From Acidobacteriota bacterium (lineage in GTDB: Bacteria > Acidobacteriota > Terriglobia > Bryobacterales > Bryobacteraceae), in NCBI GenBank assembly GCA_025353165.1, contig JANXRE010000076.1, positions 1,103 through 65,102 on the forward strand: 64,000 nt of DNA, read 5' to 3'. Positions 38,244 to 49,250 of this stretch are shown here, piece by piece. The notes under the pieces were generated by a model. The model ran no database searches. It saw nothing but the letters and a program-made list of their open reading frames with translations, and was not told where the DNA came from. Numbering within the stretch: position 1 is the first letter of the stretch; each line of letters begins with the position of its first letter. A program made the translations under genes and the position numbers.

Positions 38244-38281
38244 AATGGCTTCGGAGTTCCACTGCCGTATATCTGTGCTGT

Positions 38282-38570
38282 AAAGCCCAGGCAGTCGGCC
38301 GCATTTTCCCGTAAGAGATTTCCGTCCCGGATGTGACGTCGTACCGTGGTTACACCCGGTGCCCGGTTTGGTTCATGGCGCTCGGATTCACCGGCCGCCG
38401 CGGCCGAAGTGGCGATACCGGCGCGGACGCTGTGGCCGCCAAACTGGACTGGGTCGGAGCCGAGCTTTTCGACGTACCTTTTGACCATAATCGCGCCGGA
38501 CGTAGTTCGCGCCGCAGTGCACCATTTCTGAAGAAGCGCGATCCATGATCCCGGAGCTTCAACAGGCTGC
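38282..38570 (-). pseudogene. tyrosine recombinase/integrase C-terminal remnant (frameshifted, catalytic Tyr position reads His)
   Basis: ..MVKRYVEKLGSDPVQFGGHSVRAGIATSAAAAG...TTVRRHIRDGNLLRENAADCLGF matches box II of phage-type integrases (GHSxR ... YIR). The N-terminal ~250 aa are absent. Confidence 0.5.
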
Positions 38571-38614
38571 CGCTAAAGTCGTTCGCCGCCACTGGGAGGG
38601 AAATGGACGGTTAC

Positions 38615-39170
38615 GTAACCGGCAAGCGGTCAGCAGGAGCCGGGAATCGTTCGTGTTACTCCGCAGGAAAGCGTCGTAGTAATCGCCGGCAACGGTGTTG
38701 GCCGCTTTCGTGGCGAACACGATGTCAAGGCCCGGGAGCGTGGGAGGCTTCTCGGGGAGGAGCATCCGCTGGATGTCGCGCGCGATCTCCACGTCGCGCT
38801 TGAGGCCTACCCGATCGGCCAGCTCGAGCACCAGAAGGGCCAGGAGGATCAGGGCGGCAGGCGTCGAATTGATTGAAAGGCGGAGGCCGGCGTCGTTCGA
38901 GAAGTCCAAAGCGGGCATCACCAGGATGAAGACCGCGAGCAGAAGCAACAATCGCCGCACGGGCGTGAGCCGGTTGGACATCGCGCCCGCCACCGCGGCC
39001 AGAACCCGGCGGCGGCCTCTTCGAGCGGACCATTGCTCGCGCAGGTCGCGTCCGGTCTGGGCGGAGTTGAGGTTGAGACCGCTGCAGAGTTACTCCCGGA
39101 GCTGGGCGGCATTGAGCCCGTCGCTGGTTCGTTGCCAGAAAGCACGCAGTTTAGCCGCGCTGAGGAGCAT
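38615..39170 (-). pseudogene. 5' fragment of a PP2C phosphatase gene (paralogous copy of 36094-37239), truncated and disrupted
   Basis: The translation ..NRLTPVRRLLLLLAVFILVMPALDFS..ARDIQRMLLPEKPPTLPGLDIVFATKAANTVAGDYYDAFLR parallels the intact gene. It stops at the integrase remnant. The N-terminal part contains an in-frame stop and an indel. Confidence 0.6.
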
Positions 39171-39208
39171 GGGGTGCTGGGTGCACTCCGAGTGTATAAT
39201 TTGCAGCC
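38615..39208. repeat. copy B of the ~600-bp diverged direct repeat
   Basis: See copy A. Similarity starts near cagcaggag (38631 / 36691) and fades after gggtgctgggt.cact (39185 / 37254). Confidence 0.8.
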
Positions 39209-39239
39209 TGGTCCGCTGGCGACCCTGCGGTCAGCCCCG

Positions 39240-40145
39240 TCAGGCGAATTCGACGCCGGCCTCGCGGCCCGTGCGGAGGATGTACTGCTTGCCCTCCTCG
39301 TATTCCTCCGCGGTCTGCAGGTGCTCCAACATGAGCGGCGCTTCCACCGGGCATTCCGCCAGCTGCGCGAGATACGTTTTGTAATCCATCTGGCCGCGGC
39401 CGGGGATCACCTCCAGGAAGTGCACATTTAACTCGACCACCCACTGCAAGTCTTTCGCGTGACAGGAAACGATCCAGGGCCCCAGTTTTGAGAAACAGTC
39501 CCGTATGACCTCGGCGTTCCCATAGAAGCGCGCCGGGCTGTTGATCGCGTTGCACACGTCCAGGTGCACGGCGAAGGCCTTGCGATCCACGGCATGAATG
39601 AGCTTGAGGTACGCATCCGGCCCGTCCGGCAGGCTCCAGCCCATCATCTCGATGGTGAACCTGGAGCGAGCGGGCTTCACCGAGTCGATCACCTTGCGGC
39701 AGTTCTCGACTGTCGCGTCGAAGAACTCCGAGGACAGGTTCTTCGGATGCGGGCCGTACCAGACCGTGGGGTGATAGGAGCCGGCGATATCGACGCAGCA
39801 ACGCGCGCCGACCGCCTCCGCGAGCGCCATCCGCTCGGTCACGTACTGCAAGTTCGCGGCGCGCTCCGCCCGGTCCGGCGCGAGCATGTTCTTCCATGCG
39901 CCGACCTCGGAGATCACGACCTTCTCCGCCGCGAACGCGTCTCGGATGGCGCGGATGCGCTGCGAATCCCGCAACTCCGCGGCGGGGCAATAGGCCGCGC
40001 TGTAGCCGAGGCGGCGGTGCTCCTTCGCCAGCGCGGAAGGGTCGTCGGATTTCAGGAAGATGGGTCCGCCCAGGCGGATGGGCCGGCGAGCGGCGGGGAC
40101 CAGCCCGGCGGCGGAGGCGGCCAGCAGGGATCGGCGGGATAACAT
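39240..40145 (-). CDS. sugar phosphate isomerase/epimerase (TIM barrel), TAT signal
   Basis: MLSRRSLLAASAAGLVPAA is a TAT-type signal. HLDVCN, SCHAKD and MLEHL are typical of the xylose-isomerase-like TIM-barrel family. Confidence 0.75.
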   Translation of the reverse strand: MLSRRSLLAASAAGLVPAARRPIRLGGPIFLKSDDPSALAKEHRRLGYSAAYCPAAELRDSQRIRAIRDAFAAEKVVISEVGAWKNMLAPDRAERAANLQYVTERMALAEAVGARCCVDIAGSYHPTVWYGPHPKNLSSEFFDATVENCRKVIDSVKPARSRFTIEMMGWSLPDGPDAYLKLIHAVDRKAFAVHLDVCNAINSPARFYGNAEVIRDCFSKLGPWIVSCHAKDLQWVVELNVHFLEVIPGRGQMDYKTYLAQLAECPVEAPLMLEHLQTAEEYEEGKQYILRTGREAGVEFA

Positions 40146-40288
40146 GGCGATCCGATTCTATCCGCCGGACACAGTTTTTTCAATCCGCGTCATACAAAAC
40201 ATCTATAAGCGGAAACGCCAATTGGGACGCTGGGGTGTGATATCCTGCGGCTTATCCAGCTCTACGTGTAACCCTTCCACGGAGGTTT

Positions 40289-41698
<1,410 letters not shown>

Positions 41699-41717
41699 GC
41701 CGGCAATCGCATAGGTG

Positions 41718-41750
41718 GAAAAGGCGGGTCCGTAAGGGCTCGCCTTTTTT
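41718..41750. terminator. bidirectional rho-independent terminator between convergent glnA and the M20 peptidase gene
   Basis: The sequence is gaaaaggcgggtcc-gtaa-gggctcgcctttttt. It forms a long GC-rich stem with a GNRA-type loop. There is an A-run on the 5' side and a T-run on the 3' side. Confidence 0.6.
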
Positions 41751-41753
41751 GCG

Positions 41754-42884
41754 TTAGACGCAGAACTTACGCGCGACCGTCGAGAGGATCTCGGCGCACG
41801 TGGCGACCTCGTCGAGATTCGACCACTCCACCGCGGCGTGCGCGCCTCCGCCGCCCGGTCCGAAGATTACGGTGGAAATGCCGGCCGCCGCAATCAGGGC
41901 CGCATCGAACCACGGGGTATCGCCGTAGATGCGCGGCGCGGCGCCGGTGGCGCGGGTCGCCTCGTCCATCAGCACGCGAACGATCTCTTCCCCGGCGCCG
42001 ACCTCGAAGGGATCGCGCACCAGCGTCGTCGCGATGGTGAAGGCGGCATGGGGATCGCCGGCGGACGCGCGTTCGATCAGCTCGCGCAACTGCATCTCCG
42101 CCTCGGCCGGATTCTCGCCCGGCACCGTCCGGCGCTCCACCGATACGCGGCACCTCGCGGGGTACGTCGAGAGCTCCTGGCCCCCCGATATGAGGGACGC
42201 GTGGATGGACCCGCTACCGAGAAGGGGATGCCTCGCATGAGACCGCAGCGACGCGTCCAGGCCCTCGATGCCGGTGAGCACACGTCCCATTTTAGCGATG
42301 GCGTCCACGCCGAGCTCCGGCTTGGAGCCGTGCGCCGCGACTCCGGCGCTTTCGATTTCGAACCAGATGAAGCCCTTGTGGGCGACGCAGACGTCAAGGC
42401 CGGTGGGTTCGGTGACGATGGCGGCATCGGCGCGCCAGCTCCGCAGAACCGACGACGTCCCGATGCTGGCGTACTCCTCGTCGCATACCGCGGTCAATAT
42501 CAGATCTCCGGCGGGCGGATCCGCGGCGATGGCGGCAGCGGCAAGCATCGCCGCCGCAAGACTGCCCTTCATGTCATACGCTCCGCGGCCGTAGAGCCGG
42601 CCGCCTTGGACGCGCGGCGTGAAGGGATCGGACATCGCCCCGATGCCCACGGTGTCCATATGGGCGTTGATCATGAGGGAGCGCCCGCCGCCCCGGCCGC
42701 GAACGACGCCGATGACGTTCGGACGGCCGGGCGCGGCCTGCTCGACTTCGACGCGCAGGCCGGCGTCGCGCAGCCAGGTTGCCACATAGCGGGCCAGATT
42801 TGTTTCACCCGCCGCGCCCGGTACCAGATCCGGATTCACGGAGTCGATCAGGACCAGCCGCTTCAACAGTTCGACATGATCCAT
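41754..42884 (-). CDS. M20 family metallopeptidase (ArgE/DapE/acetylornithine deacetylase-like)
   Basis: LMINAHMDTV, CDEEYAS and GDTPWFDAA fit the M20 family, as do the size and overall pattern. Confidence 0.85.
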   Translation of the reverse strand: MDHVELLKRLVLIDSVNPDLVPGAAGETNLARYVATWLRDAGLRVEVEQAAPGRPNVIGVVRGRGGGRSLMINAHMDTVGIGAMSDPFTPRVQGGRLYGRGAYDMKGSLAAAMLAAAAIAADPPAGDLILTAVCDEEYASIGTSSVLRSWRADAAIVTEPTGLDVCVAHKGFIWFEIESAGVAAHGSKPELGVDAIAKMGRVLTGIEGLDASLRSHARHPLLGSGSIHASLISGGQELSTYPARCRVSVERRTVPGENPAEAEMQLRELIERASAGDPHAAFTIATTLVRDPFEVGAGEEIVRVLMDEATRATGAAPRIYGDTPWFDAALIAAAGISTVIFGPGGGGAHAAVEWSNLDEVATCAEILSTVARKFCV

Positions 42885-42961
42885 GGGGCGATACCTCTAG
42901 GTTATACTGGCGTGGTGCGACCCCAACGAAGGGTGCCAGCTTTTTAAGGAGACCGTTGTAA

Positions 42962-43453
42962 ATGAAGCGAAGAATTCTCATCCTGGCCGCCGTCGTGGCC
43001 GCCGCCGCATTCGCCTCTCCGGCAGATAAGCCGGACCTGTCGGGCGAGTGGAAACTCAACGTTGAAAAAAGCAACTTCGGTCCGATGCCCGGTCCCGACT
43101 CGCAGGTCCGCACCATTGACCACAAAGACCCTTCGCTAAGCGTCAAGGACGTGCGCGTGGGTGGCGCTCAGGGCGACGCGACCACGGAGATGAAATTCAC
43201 GACGGACGGCAAGGAAACCGCGAACACAGTCAAGACTCCGAACGGCGACCTGGAGCTGAAGACGACCATCACGTGGGAAGAGAAAACGCTGGTCGCGAAT
43301 ACCAAGCTGGACATACAGGGCATGGATATTTCGGTGGTCGAAAAATGGGAGCTGTCCGAAGACGGCAAGGTGCTTACCCTCAACGGGAAGATCAGCACGC
43401 CGCAGGGCGATTTCGAAACCAGCCAGGTTTTCGATAAGGTAGCCGCCAAGTAG
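42962..43453 (+). CDS. hypothetical secreted protein (beta-rich, lipocalin-like pattern)
   Basis: The signal peptide is MKRRILILAAVVAAAAFA. An alternating beta-strand pattern follows (SGEWKLNVEKSNFG...). I recognise no family. Confidence 0.5.
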   Translation: MKRRILILAAVVAAAAFASPADKPDLSGEWKLNVEKSNFGPMPGPDSQVRTIDHKDPSLSVKDVRVGGAQGDATTEMKFTTDGKETANTVKTPNGDLELKTTITWEEKTLVANTKLDIQGMDISVVEKWELSEDGKVLTLNGKISTPQGDFETSQVFDKVAAK

Positions 43454-43529
43454 CTTTCCAGCGGGACAGCGGGAGCCGTCCGCCGTGCCGCTCTGTCCCA
43501 GGGCGGTCCTCCGGTTCACACCGTCCGGC

Positions 43530-43554
43530 GATCCGCGTCCGGCGCGGATCTTTT
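43530..43554 (+). terminator. rho-independent terminator candidate
   Basis: gatccgcg-tccgg-cgcggatc is a perfect 8-bp stem followed by tttt. It lies 77 nt after the stop of the preceding gene. Confidence 0.5.
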
Positions 43555-43697
43555 CACCCCCTTGTCCAAAACCCGCAAGTCATTCGCTAGAATGGAATAT
43601 TCAAGGACTGCGCCGCTAATCCCGCTTCCTGAAACTAGACTTCCAGAGCGGACGTCTGGATGCAGTACGCGCAGAGTGGAAAGGAACCAGCTTTAGA

Positions 43698-46670
43698 ATG
43701 ATGTTTCACAGGCTTCAACGCCTGCACGCCCTCCGGATTTGTTTGCTTTGTTATTCCGTCGCGCTTCCGACCGCCGTGGTGCGGGCTCAGCAGCCGCCGG
43801 CGCCACAGCAGTCCAAGCCGCAGGAACCGAAGCCGCCCAATCCCTTTGAGGCCGTGCCAGAAGCGGCGGAGCCTCCGAAGGCGGAACAGCCAAAGCCACA
43901 AGTAGCCCCGGCCGTGAAACCCGAGGCGCCGAAAGTCGAAGCGGCAAAACCGGCTGTGCCGGGCGCTCCTCCCGACGACGTCATCGAAGCGATCGAGTTT
44001 CGCGGCTCGCGCCGCGTGCCGCAAGACACCCTGAAGGCTCTCATTTATACCAAGCGCGGCGACAAATTCGACGAGGAAACCCTCCGGCGCGACTTCATGG
44101 CGCTGTGGAACACCGGCCGGTTTGACGACATCAAGCTGGAGCGGGAAGCCGGCAAATCCGGCTGGATCGTCCGCTTCGTCCTCACCGAGCGCCGCGTGAT
44201 CCGTTCCATCAACTATGTAGGCAACAAGTCCATCACGATGTCGGAGATCCTGGACCGCTACAAGGAACGCAAGGTCGGGCTGACCACCGAGTCGCAGTAC
44301 GATCCCAACAGGATTCAACGGGCGCGGAACGTGCTCATGGAGTATCTCGCCGAACGCGGGCGCCAGTTCGCGACGGTAACGCCGGAGGTCAAGCAACTCC
44401 CGCCATCGTCCCTGGAGGTCACTTTCCGGATCGACGAAGGCCCGAAAGTGAAGGTGGGGGCGATCAATTTCGACGGCAACAATGCGTTCAGCGACCGCAT
44501 CGTGCAGCGCGCCATGAAGAACCTGCGCCCGCTGGGAATCCCCTATTCGATTTTCTTCGAGGGGCTGTTTCCCAAGAGCTACGATTCCAGCAAGCTCGAG
44601 GAGGACATGGAGCGCGTCCGCCAGTTCTACATGGACCACGGATACTTCATGGCCAAAGTAACGGATCACGACGTGAAGATCCACGACGTGGGAACCAACG
44701 GATTCAAGCTGCCGCTCATCTATCCGAACAAGCCCGGCAAGCGCGCCGATCTCAACGTGGCCATCGACGAAGGCCGGCTGTATCATCTCCGCAACATCGG
44801 CTTCGGCGGCGTGAAGCTCTTCAAGACGCCGGAAACATTGATGCGCCCGTTGTTCCAGATGCAGTCCGGCGACGTGTTCTCGACGGCCAAGCTAAAAAAA
44901 GGCCTGGAGAACATGCGCAAGCTGTACGGCGAATTCGGCTACATCGACATGGTGGCCGAACCGAACTTCGACACCATTCCGAACACCGACAAGATCGACA
45001 TGACGCTGAGCGTCGACGAAGGCAAGCAGTTCTTCGTCCGGCGTATCGACTTCGCCGGGAACACGACCACGCGCGACAAGGTGATCCGCCGCGAAATGCT
45101 TATTGACGAAGGCGACATGTTTAACAACCGCCTCTGGGAGTTGAGCGTTCTGCGGCTGAACCAGCTCGGGTATTTCGAAGTGCTAAAGGAGAACGAAGCG
45201 GCCGACATCAAGCGCGACACCAAGACGAACACCGTGGACATCACCGTGAAGGTGAAAGAGCGCGGCAAGAACTCCATTCAGTTGAATGGCGGCGTGTCGG
45301 GCATCGCGGGCAGCTTCATCGGGTTCTCGTACGCCACCAACAATTTTCTCGGCCTGGGCGAGACGCTGTCGCTAAGCTCGCAGTTGGGCGATCGCATCCG
45401 CCAGGTGGAGCTCGGCTTCACCGAGCCGTATTTCCTCGACCGTCCGCTCCAGCTCGGTTTTACCGTGAATTACACGCGCTTCGACTATAATCAGGGGCGC
45501 GAAGTGTCGCTCCTTTCCGGGCGCAACCTCATTCCACTGTTCAATTCTCTCGGCAGTAATAACCTTTTGAATTACGTTTCCAACGGCTATGGCTTCACCT
45601 CGTTCCTGAGCTATCCGCTGAAGCGGTCCTTTGCCAGGCTCGGGCTGACCTACGGCTACAATATTCAAAACATCAAGACGCTTACCGATGCCGCGACGCA
45701 ATACTTCCAGTACCTCAACTTCCAGAGCGTGGGTGGACCGAACTCGCTGAGCGGCATTAAAACCAGCCAGATTACGCCGTCGTACACCTACAACACGGTT
45801 AACCACCCGATCACGCCGACCGCCGGTAAGAGCATCTTCATCACCTTGCCGTTTGCGGGCAGCATCCTGGGCGGAAACGTGAACACGTTGAACCCGACCA
45901 TCGACATGAAGTACTTCCACAGGGCGCCACACTTCAAGAATCATGTCATCGGCGCCCATGTCCTGGGCCGGTTCCTGACCGGCTATGGCGGCAAGGTCGC
46001 CCCGCCGTTCTCGCGCTTCTACATGGGCGGCGAGAACGATATTCGGGGATTCGACATTTGGGGGATCAGCCCGATTGCCTACGTTCCAAGCTCGGCGAAT
46101 GTGACGGTGTATAACAACGACGGCAACCCGAGACAGCAGCGCGTGGTGAACTCAGACGGCTCGACATCGTTGGTGAACGTGACCCAGCAGATCCCGATTT
46201 ACCAGATGGTGTTCCCGGGCGGCGACACACAGGTGGTTACGAATTTCGAATACCGCATCCCGATCTTTGGGCCGGTTGTGCTGGCGGTATTCGGAGACGC
46301 CGGCATCGACAAGCTCTCGCTGACCAACCAGTTGCGTTTGAACCCGGACCGCATCAATCAATTGAACTCGCTGTTCCCGGAGGCGAGTTTCCAGGCCAAG
46401 GCCGTCATTGCGCCGGGCACGCAGAAGATGCGGGCCTCGACGGGACTCGAGCTGCAGGTGATGATGCCGGTGGTGAACGCCCCATTCCGCGTTTATTGGG
46501 CGTACAACCCACTGCGCGTGCACGAGATTTTGCAGCCGCCGGTGGTGGCGGACCGTTCCTATTTTCCGAATGAGGCGACGTTCGTGAACTCGATTGTCCA
46601 GTTTGGGCGGCCGATACCGTTCTACGAGCGCCATTCCACTTTCCGTTTTTCGATTGGCCGCACGTTCTAG
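43698..46670 (+). CDS. bamA: outer membrane protein assembly factor BamA
   Basis: The 990-aa ORF has repeated POTRA-like modules (IEFRGSRRVPQDTL, INFDGNNAFSD, IGFGGVKLF, IDFAGNTTTRD). It ends in a C-terminal beta-barrel (..RFSIGRTF). Confidence 0.9.
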   Translation: MMFHRLQRLHALRICLLCYSVALPTAVVRAQQPPAPQQSKPQEPKPPNPFEAVPEAAEPPKAEQPKPQVAPAVKPEAPKVEAAKPAVPGAPPDDVIEAIEFRGSRRVPQDTLKALIYTKRGDKFDEETLRRDFMALWNTGRFDDIKLEREAGKSGWIVRFVLTERRVIRSINYVGNKSITMSEILDRYKERKVGLTTESQYDPNRIQRARNVLMEYLAERGRQFATVTPEVKQLPPSSLEVTFRIDEGPKVKVGAINFDGNNAFSDRIVQRAMKNLRPLGIPYSIFFEGLFPKSYDSSKLEEDMERVRQFYMDHGYFMAKVTDHDVKIHDVGTNGFKLPLIYPNKPGKRADLNVAIDEGRLYHLRNIGFGGVKLFKTPETLMRPLFQMQSGDVFSTAKLKKGLENMRKLYGEFGYIDMVAEPNFDTIPNTDKIDMTLSVDEGKQFFVRRIDFAGNTTTRDKVIRREMLIDEGDMFNNRLWELSVLRLNQLGYFEVLKENEAADIKRDTKTNTVDITVKVKERGKNSIQLNGGVSGIAGSFIGFSYATNNFLGLGETLSLSSQLGDRIRQVELGFTEPYFLDRPLQLGFTVNYTRFDYNQGREVSLLSGRNLIPLFNSLGSNNLLNYVSNGYGFTSFLSYPLKRSFARLGLTYGYNIQNIKTLTDAATQYFQYLNFQSVGGPNSLSGIKTSQITPSYTYNTVNHPITPTAGKSIFITLPFAGSILGGNVNTLNPTIDMKYFHRAPHFKNHVIGAHVLGRFLTGYGGKVAPPFSRFYMGGENDIRGFDIWGISPIAYVPSSANVTVYNNDGNPRQQRVVNSDGSTSLVNVTQQIPIYQMVFPGGDTQVVTNFEYRIPIFGPVVLAVFGDAGIDKLSLTNQLRLNPDRINQLNSLFPEASFQAKAVIAPGTQKMRASTGLELQVMMPVVNAPFRVYWAYNPLRVHEILQPPVVADRSYFPNEATFVNSIVQFGRPIPFYERHSTFRFSIGRTF

Positions 46671-46713
46671 CGACGTGACGCTAAACTAGAAGATTAATTA
46701 GGAGTGTAGAAGA

Positions 46714-47325
46714 GTGAAGAGACAGTTGTTTATGTGGCCCGTGGCCGTGGCGCTGAGCGCAATGGCCGTATTCGCGCAAGGCACCAAGGTCGGCGTGGTC
46801 AACATCCAGGCCGCGCTCGTCGCCACCAAGGATGGGCAGAAGGCGGCGTCCGAACTGGAAGGCCGGCGAGCCCCGAAACAGAAGGATCTCGAGCGGAAGC
46901 AGGCGGAAATCCGCAGCCTCCAGGAATCCTTGAACCGCGGCGGAAACGCCATGTCGGAGCAGGCCAAAGCCGAGCTTGTGCGAAACATCGACGTGAAGAC
47001 GAAGTCGTTCAACCGGGAACTGGAAGACAACCAGGCCGAGTGGGACGGCGAGCAGCAGAAGGTATTGCAGGAGCTCGGCCAGAAGATGATGGCGGTCATC
47101 GACAAGTATTCGAAGGACAACGGCTACTCGGTGATATTGGACGTGAGCAACCCGCAGACGCCGGTGCTGTACGCGTCCAGCGCGATTGACATCACCAAGG
47201 ACATCGTGGATCTGTACGATAAGAACGCGGCGACGGCACCTGCGGTTCCCGCGGCTTCGGGCTCGGCTGCTCCGGCCATGCGTCCGGCCGCCAAGCCCCC
47301 GGTTCCGGCTCCCGTCAAGAAGTAA
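46714..47325 (+). CDS. OmpH/Skp family periplasmic chaperone
   Basis: It has a signal peptide and a coiled-coil K/E/Q-rich core, and it sits immediately downstream of bamA. Confidence 0.85.
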   Translation: MKRQLFMWPVAVALSAMAVFAQGTKVGVVNIQAALVATKDGQKAASELEGRRAPKQKDLERKQAEIRSLQESLNRGGNAMSEQAKAELVRNIDVKTKSFNRELEDNQAEWDGEQQKVLQELGQKMMAVIDKYSKDNGYSVILDVSNPQTPVLYASSAIDITKDIVDLYDKNAATAPAVPAASGSAAPAMRPAAKPPVPAPVKK

Positions 47326-47409
47326 AGTCCCGTTCGGCTGTCAACCGCAAGCCGTTGGGACCCACGGGGACTGTTCGCTAGGAATTTCCCATGGCGCTCG
47401 TCCCCAACC

Positions 47410-47826
47410 CTCGGCAACTTGCCCGGGCCGCAACGCGCCCTTTGGTCGGACCTCGCCGGCACGCCGGACAGCTTCCCGCTCTACGGCGGCACGGCGCTGG
47501 CTCTGCTTCTCGGGCACCGGGCCTCGGTCGATTTCAGTTTGTTCTGAACCGCCTCTTTCGGCCCTGAAGCGGCTCGCGGAACAAATCCCTTACCTGACTT
47601 GCCGCGTCCGTCGCGGCGGGCCGGTTCTGATTTCCTCGCCCACGTCATGACCTACGGAACCGTCGAGGACTTACGCGCCCTCGCCGGAATCGTCGGGCCG
47701 GATGAATTCCGGGAGGCTCTGGAGAACGCGCCGGCTGGCGTGTTGGACGCGCGGTCGTGGGCCTGCTGGAACCTCAAATTCGGGTGCTTTCCGGCCCCTC
47801 CGCTGCCCGTGCGACGCGGTTTGTAA
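47410..47826 (+). pseudogene. remnants of an AbiEii/AbiGii-type nucleotidyltransferase toxin-like gene
   Basis: The frame at 47410-47544 reads LW.DLAGTPDSFPLYGGTALALLLGHRASVDFSLF*. This resembles the N-terminal signature of the family (f.L.GGTALaL..gHR.S.DlDfF) and stops after 45 aa. A separate 75-aa ORF follows in another frame. Confidence 0.3.
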
Positions 47827-47855
47827 GGACCCGTCCTGCTAAACTGAACAAAGTA

Positions 47856-49250
47856 ATGATATACGATCTGATCATTGTCGGGAGCGGCCCCGGCGGGTAC
47901 TCCGCTGCCTGCCGCGCGGGACAGTTTGGGCTGAAAACGGCGATCGTCGAGAAGGACCCGAAACTCGGCGGCACCTGCCTGCACGTCGGCTGCATTCCCA
48001 CCAAGGCGCTGCTGCACACGGCGGACGTCTGGGACCGGTTCACCCACGCCGAAGCCGAAGGCATTCACGTCGAGAACCCGCAGCTCGACATGCCCCTCGT
48101 AAACGACCGGAAGAACGGGATCGTCAGCAAACACGCCAAGGGCATCGAAGGGCTGATGAAGAAGAACAAAGTGGAGTGGGTGAAAGGCTACGCCAAGCTC
48201 CAGGGCCGCGGGGAGGTCGAGGTGACGGGGGCCGACGGCAAGACCAGAACGCTGGAAGCGAAGAACATCATCGTGGCCACGGGGTCGGAGGCGCGGATGC
48301 TTCCCGGCCTCCAGCCGGACGACACGATCCTGACCAACATCGAAATCCTCAACCTGGCCGCCGTGCCGAAGTCGCTGATCGTGATCGGCGCAGGCGCGGT
48401 CGGCGTCGAGTTTGCGTCCATCTTCAGCCGCTTCGGGTCCCAAGTCACCATCCTCGAAATGCTGCCACGCGTAGTGCCGATGGAAGACGAGGACGTCTCG
48501 AAGGAACTGGAGAGGTACTTCAAGAAACACGGCATCCGGATCGAGACCGGCGCGCGCGCCGAGAACATCCGCAAGGGTGGCGCGGGCGTTCAGTTGACTG
48601 TCACGCTGGCCAACGGCAAGACCGAAGAGATGGAGGCCGAGAAGCTGCTGGTCGCCGTCGGGCGCAAGCCGAACACGGAGAACATCGGCCTGGAGAACAC
48701 CAAAGTTGAAACGGACCGCGGATTCGTGCGCGTGAACGAATATCAGCAGACCGGCGAGCCGGGCGTGTACGCGATCGGCGATATCGTCGCCGGCACGCCG
48801 CAACTGGCGCACGTCGCGACGGCGGAAGGCATGGTCGCCGTCGCCCACATGGCCGGAAAGCCGGTTAAGCCGATCAACCGGAACCGCATTCCCGGCGCAA
48901 CCTACACCGAGCCCGGGATCGGCAGCGTCGGCCTGACGGAGGCGCAGGCGAAGGCCCAGGGATTCGCCGTGAAGGTCGGGAAGTTCCCGTTCCTGGCGAA
49001 CAGCAAAGCCACCATCCTCGGCATGCACGACGGATTCGTGAAGGTGGTAATCGACGAAAAGTGGGGCGAGATCCTCGGCGTCCACATCATCGGCCCGCAG
49101 GCCTTCGAACTAATCTCGGAAGCGGTGACGGCGATGGAAGCCGAGGCCACGGTCGAAACCATGATGTCCACCATCCACGCGCATCCCACGTTGTATGAAG
49201 CGATGGGCGAGGCATTCAACTCGGTGTACGGCCTGGCCATCAATTTCTGA
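47856..49250 (+). CDS. lpdA: dihydrolipoyl dehydrogenase (E3)
   Basis: The start is trimmed to ATG 47856. YDLIIVGSGPGGY, GGTCLHVGCIPTKALL and the C-terminal HAHPT are canonical E3 motifs. Confidence 0.95.
   Translation: MIYDLIIVGSGPGGYSAACRAGQFGLKTAIVEKDPKLGGTCLHVGCIPTKALLHTADVWDRFTHAEAEGIHVENPQLDMPLVNDRKNGIVSKHAKGIEGLMKKNKVEWVKGYAKLQGRGEVEVTGADGKTRTLEAKNIIVATGSEARMLPGLQPDDTILTNIEILNLAAVPKSLIVIGAGAVGVEFASIFSRFGSQVTILEMLPRVVPMEDEDVSKELERYFKKHGIRIETGARAENIRKGGAGVQLTVTLANGKTEEMEAEKLLVAVGRKPNTENIGLENTKVETDRGFVRVNEYQQTGEPGVYAIGDIVAGTPQLAHVATAEGMVAVAHMAGKPVKPINRNRIPGATYTEPGIGSVGLTEAQAKAQGFAVKVGKFPFLANSKATILGMHDGFVKVVIDEKWGEILGVHIIGPQAFELISEAVTAMEAEATVETMMSTIHAHPTLYEAMGEAFNSVYGLAINF

Noticed and set aside
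40146-40288. I looked for a sigma-54 (TGGCAC-N5-TTGC) promoter, an NtrC-type site or a glutamine riboswitch upstream of glnA.
   Set aside because: No GG-N10-GC element with proper spacing and no convincing structured leader was found. Only a weak 6-bp inverted repeat (ataagc/gcttat) is present.
43561-43593. TTGTCC ... TAGAAT as a bamA promoter.
   Set aside because: The -10 element is good (TAGAAT), but the spacer to TTGTCC is 20 nt. The hexamer at the proper 17-nt distance (TCCAAA) is poor. The evidence is too weak to list as a feature.
47327-47382. A nested imperfect hairpin right after skp (agtcccgt ... acggggact) as a terminator.
   Set aside because: The stems contain mismatches and a bulge, and no U-tract follows. 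It cannot be separated from generic GC-rich secondary structure.
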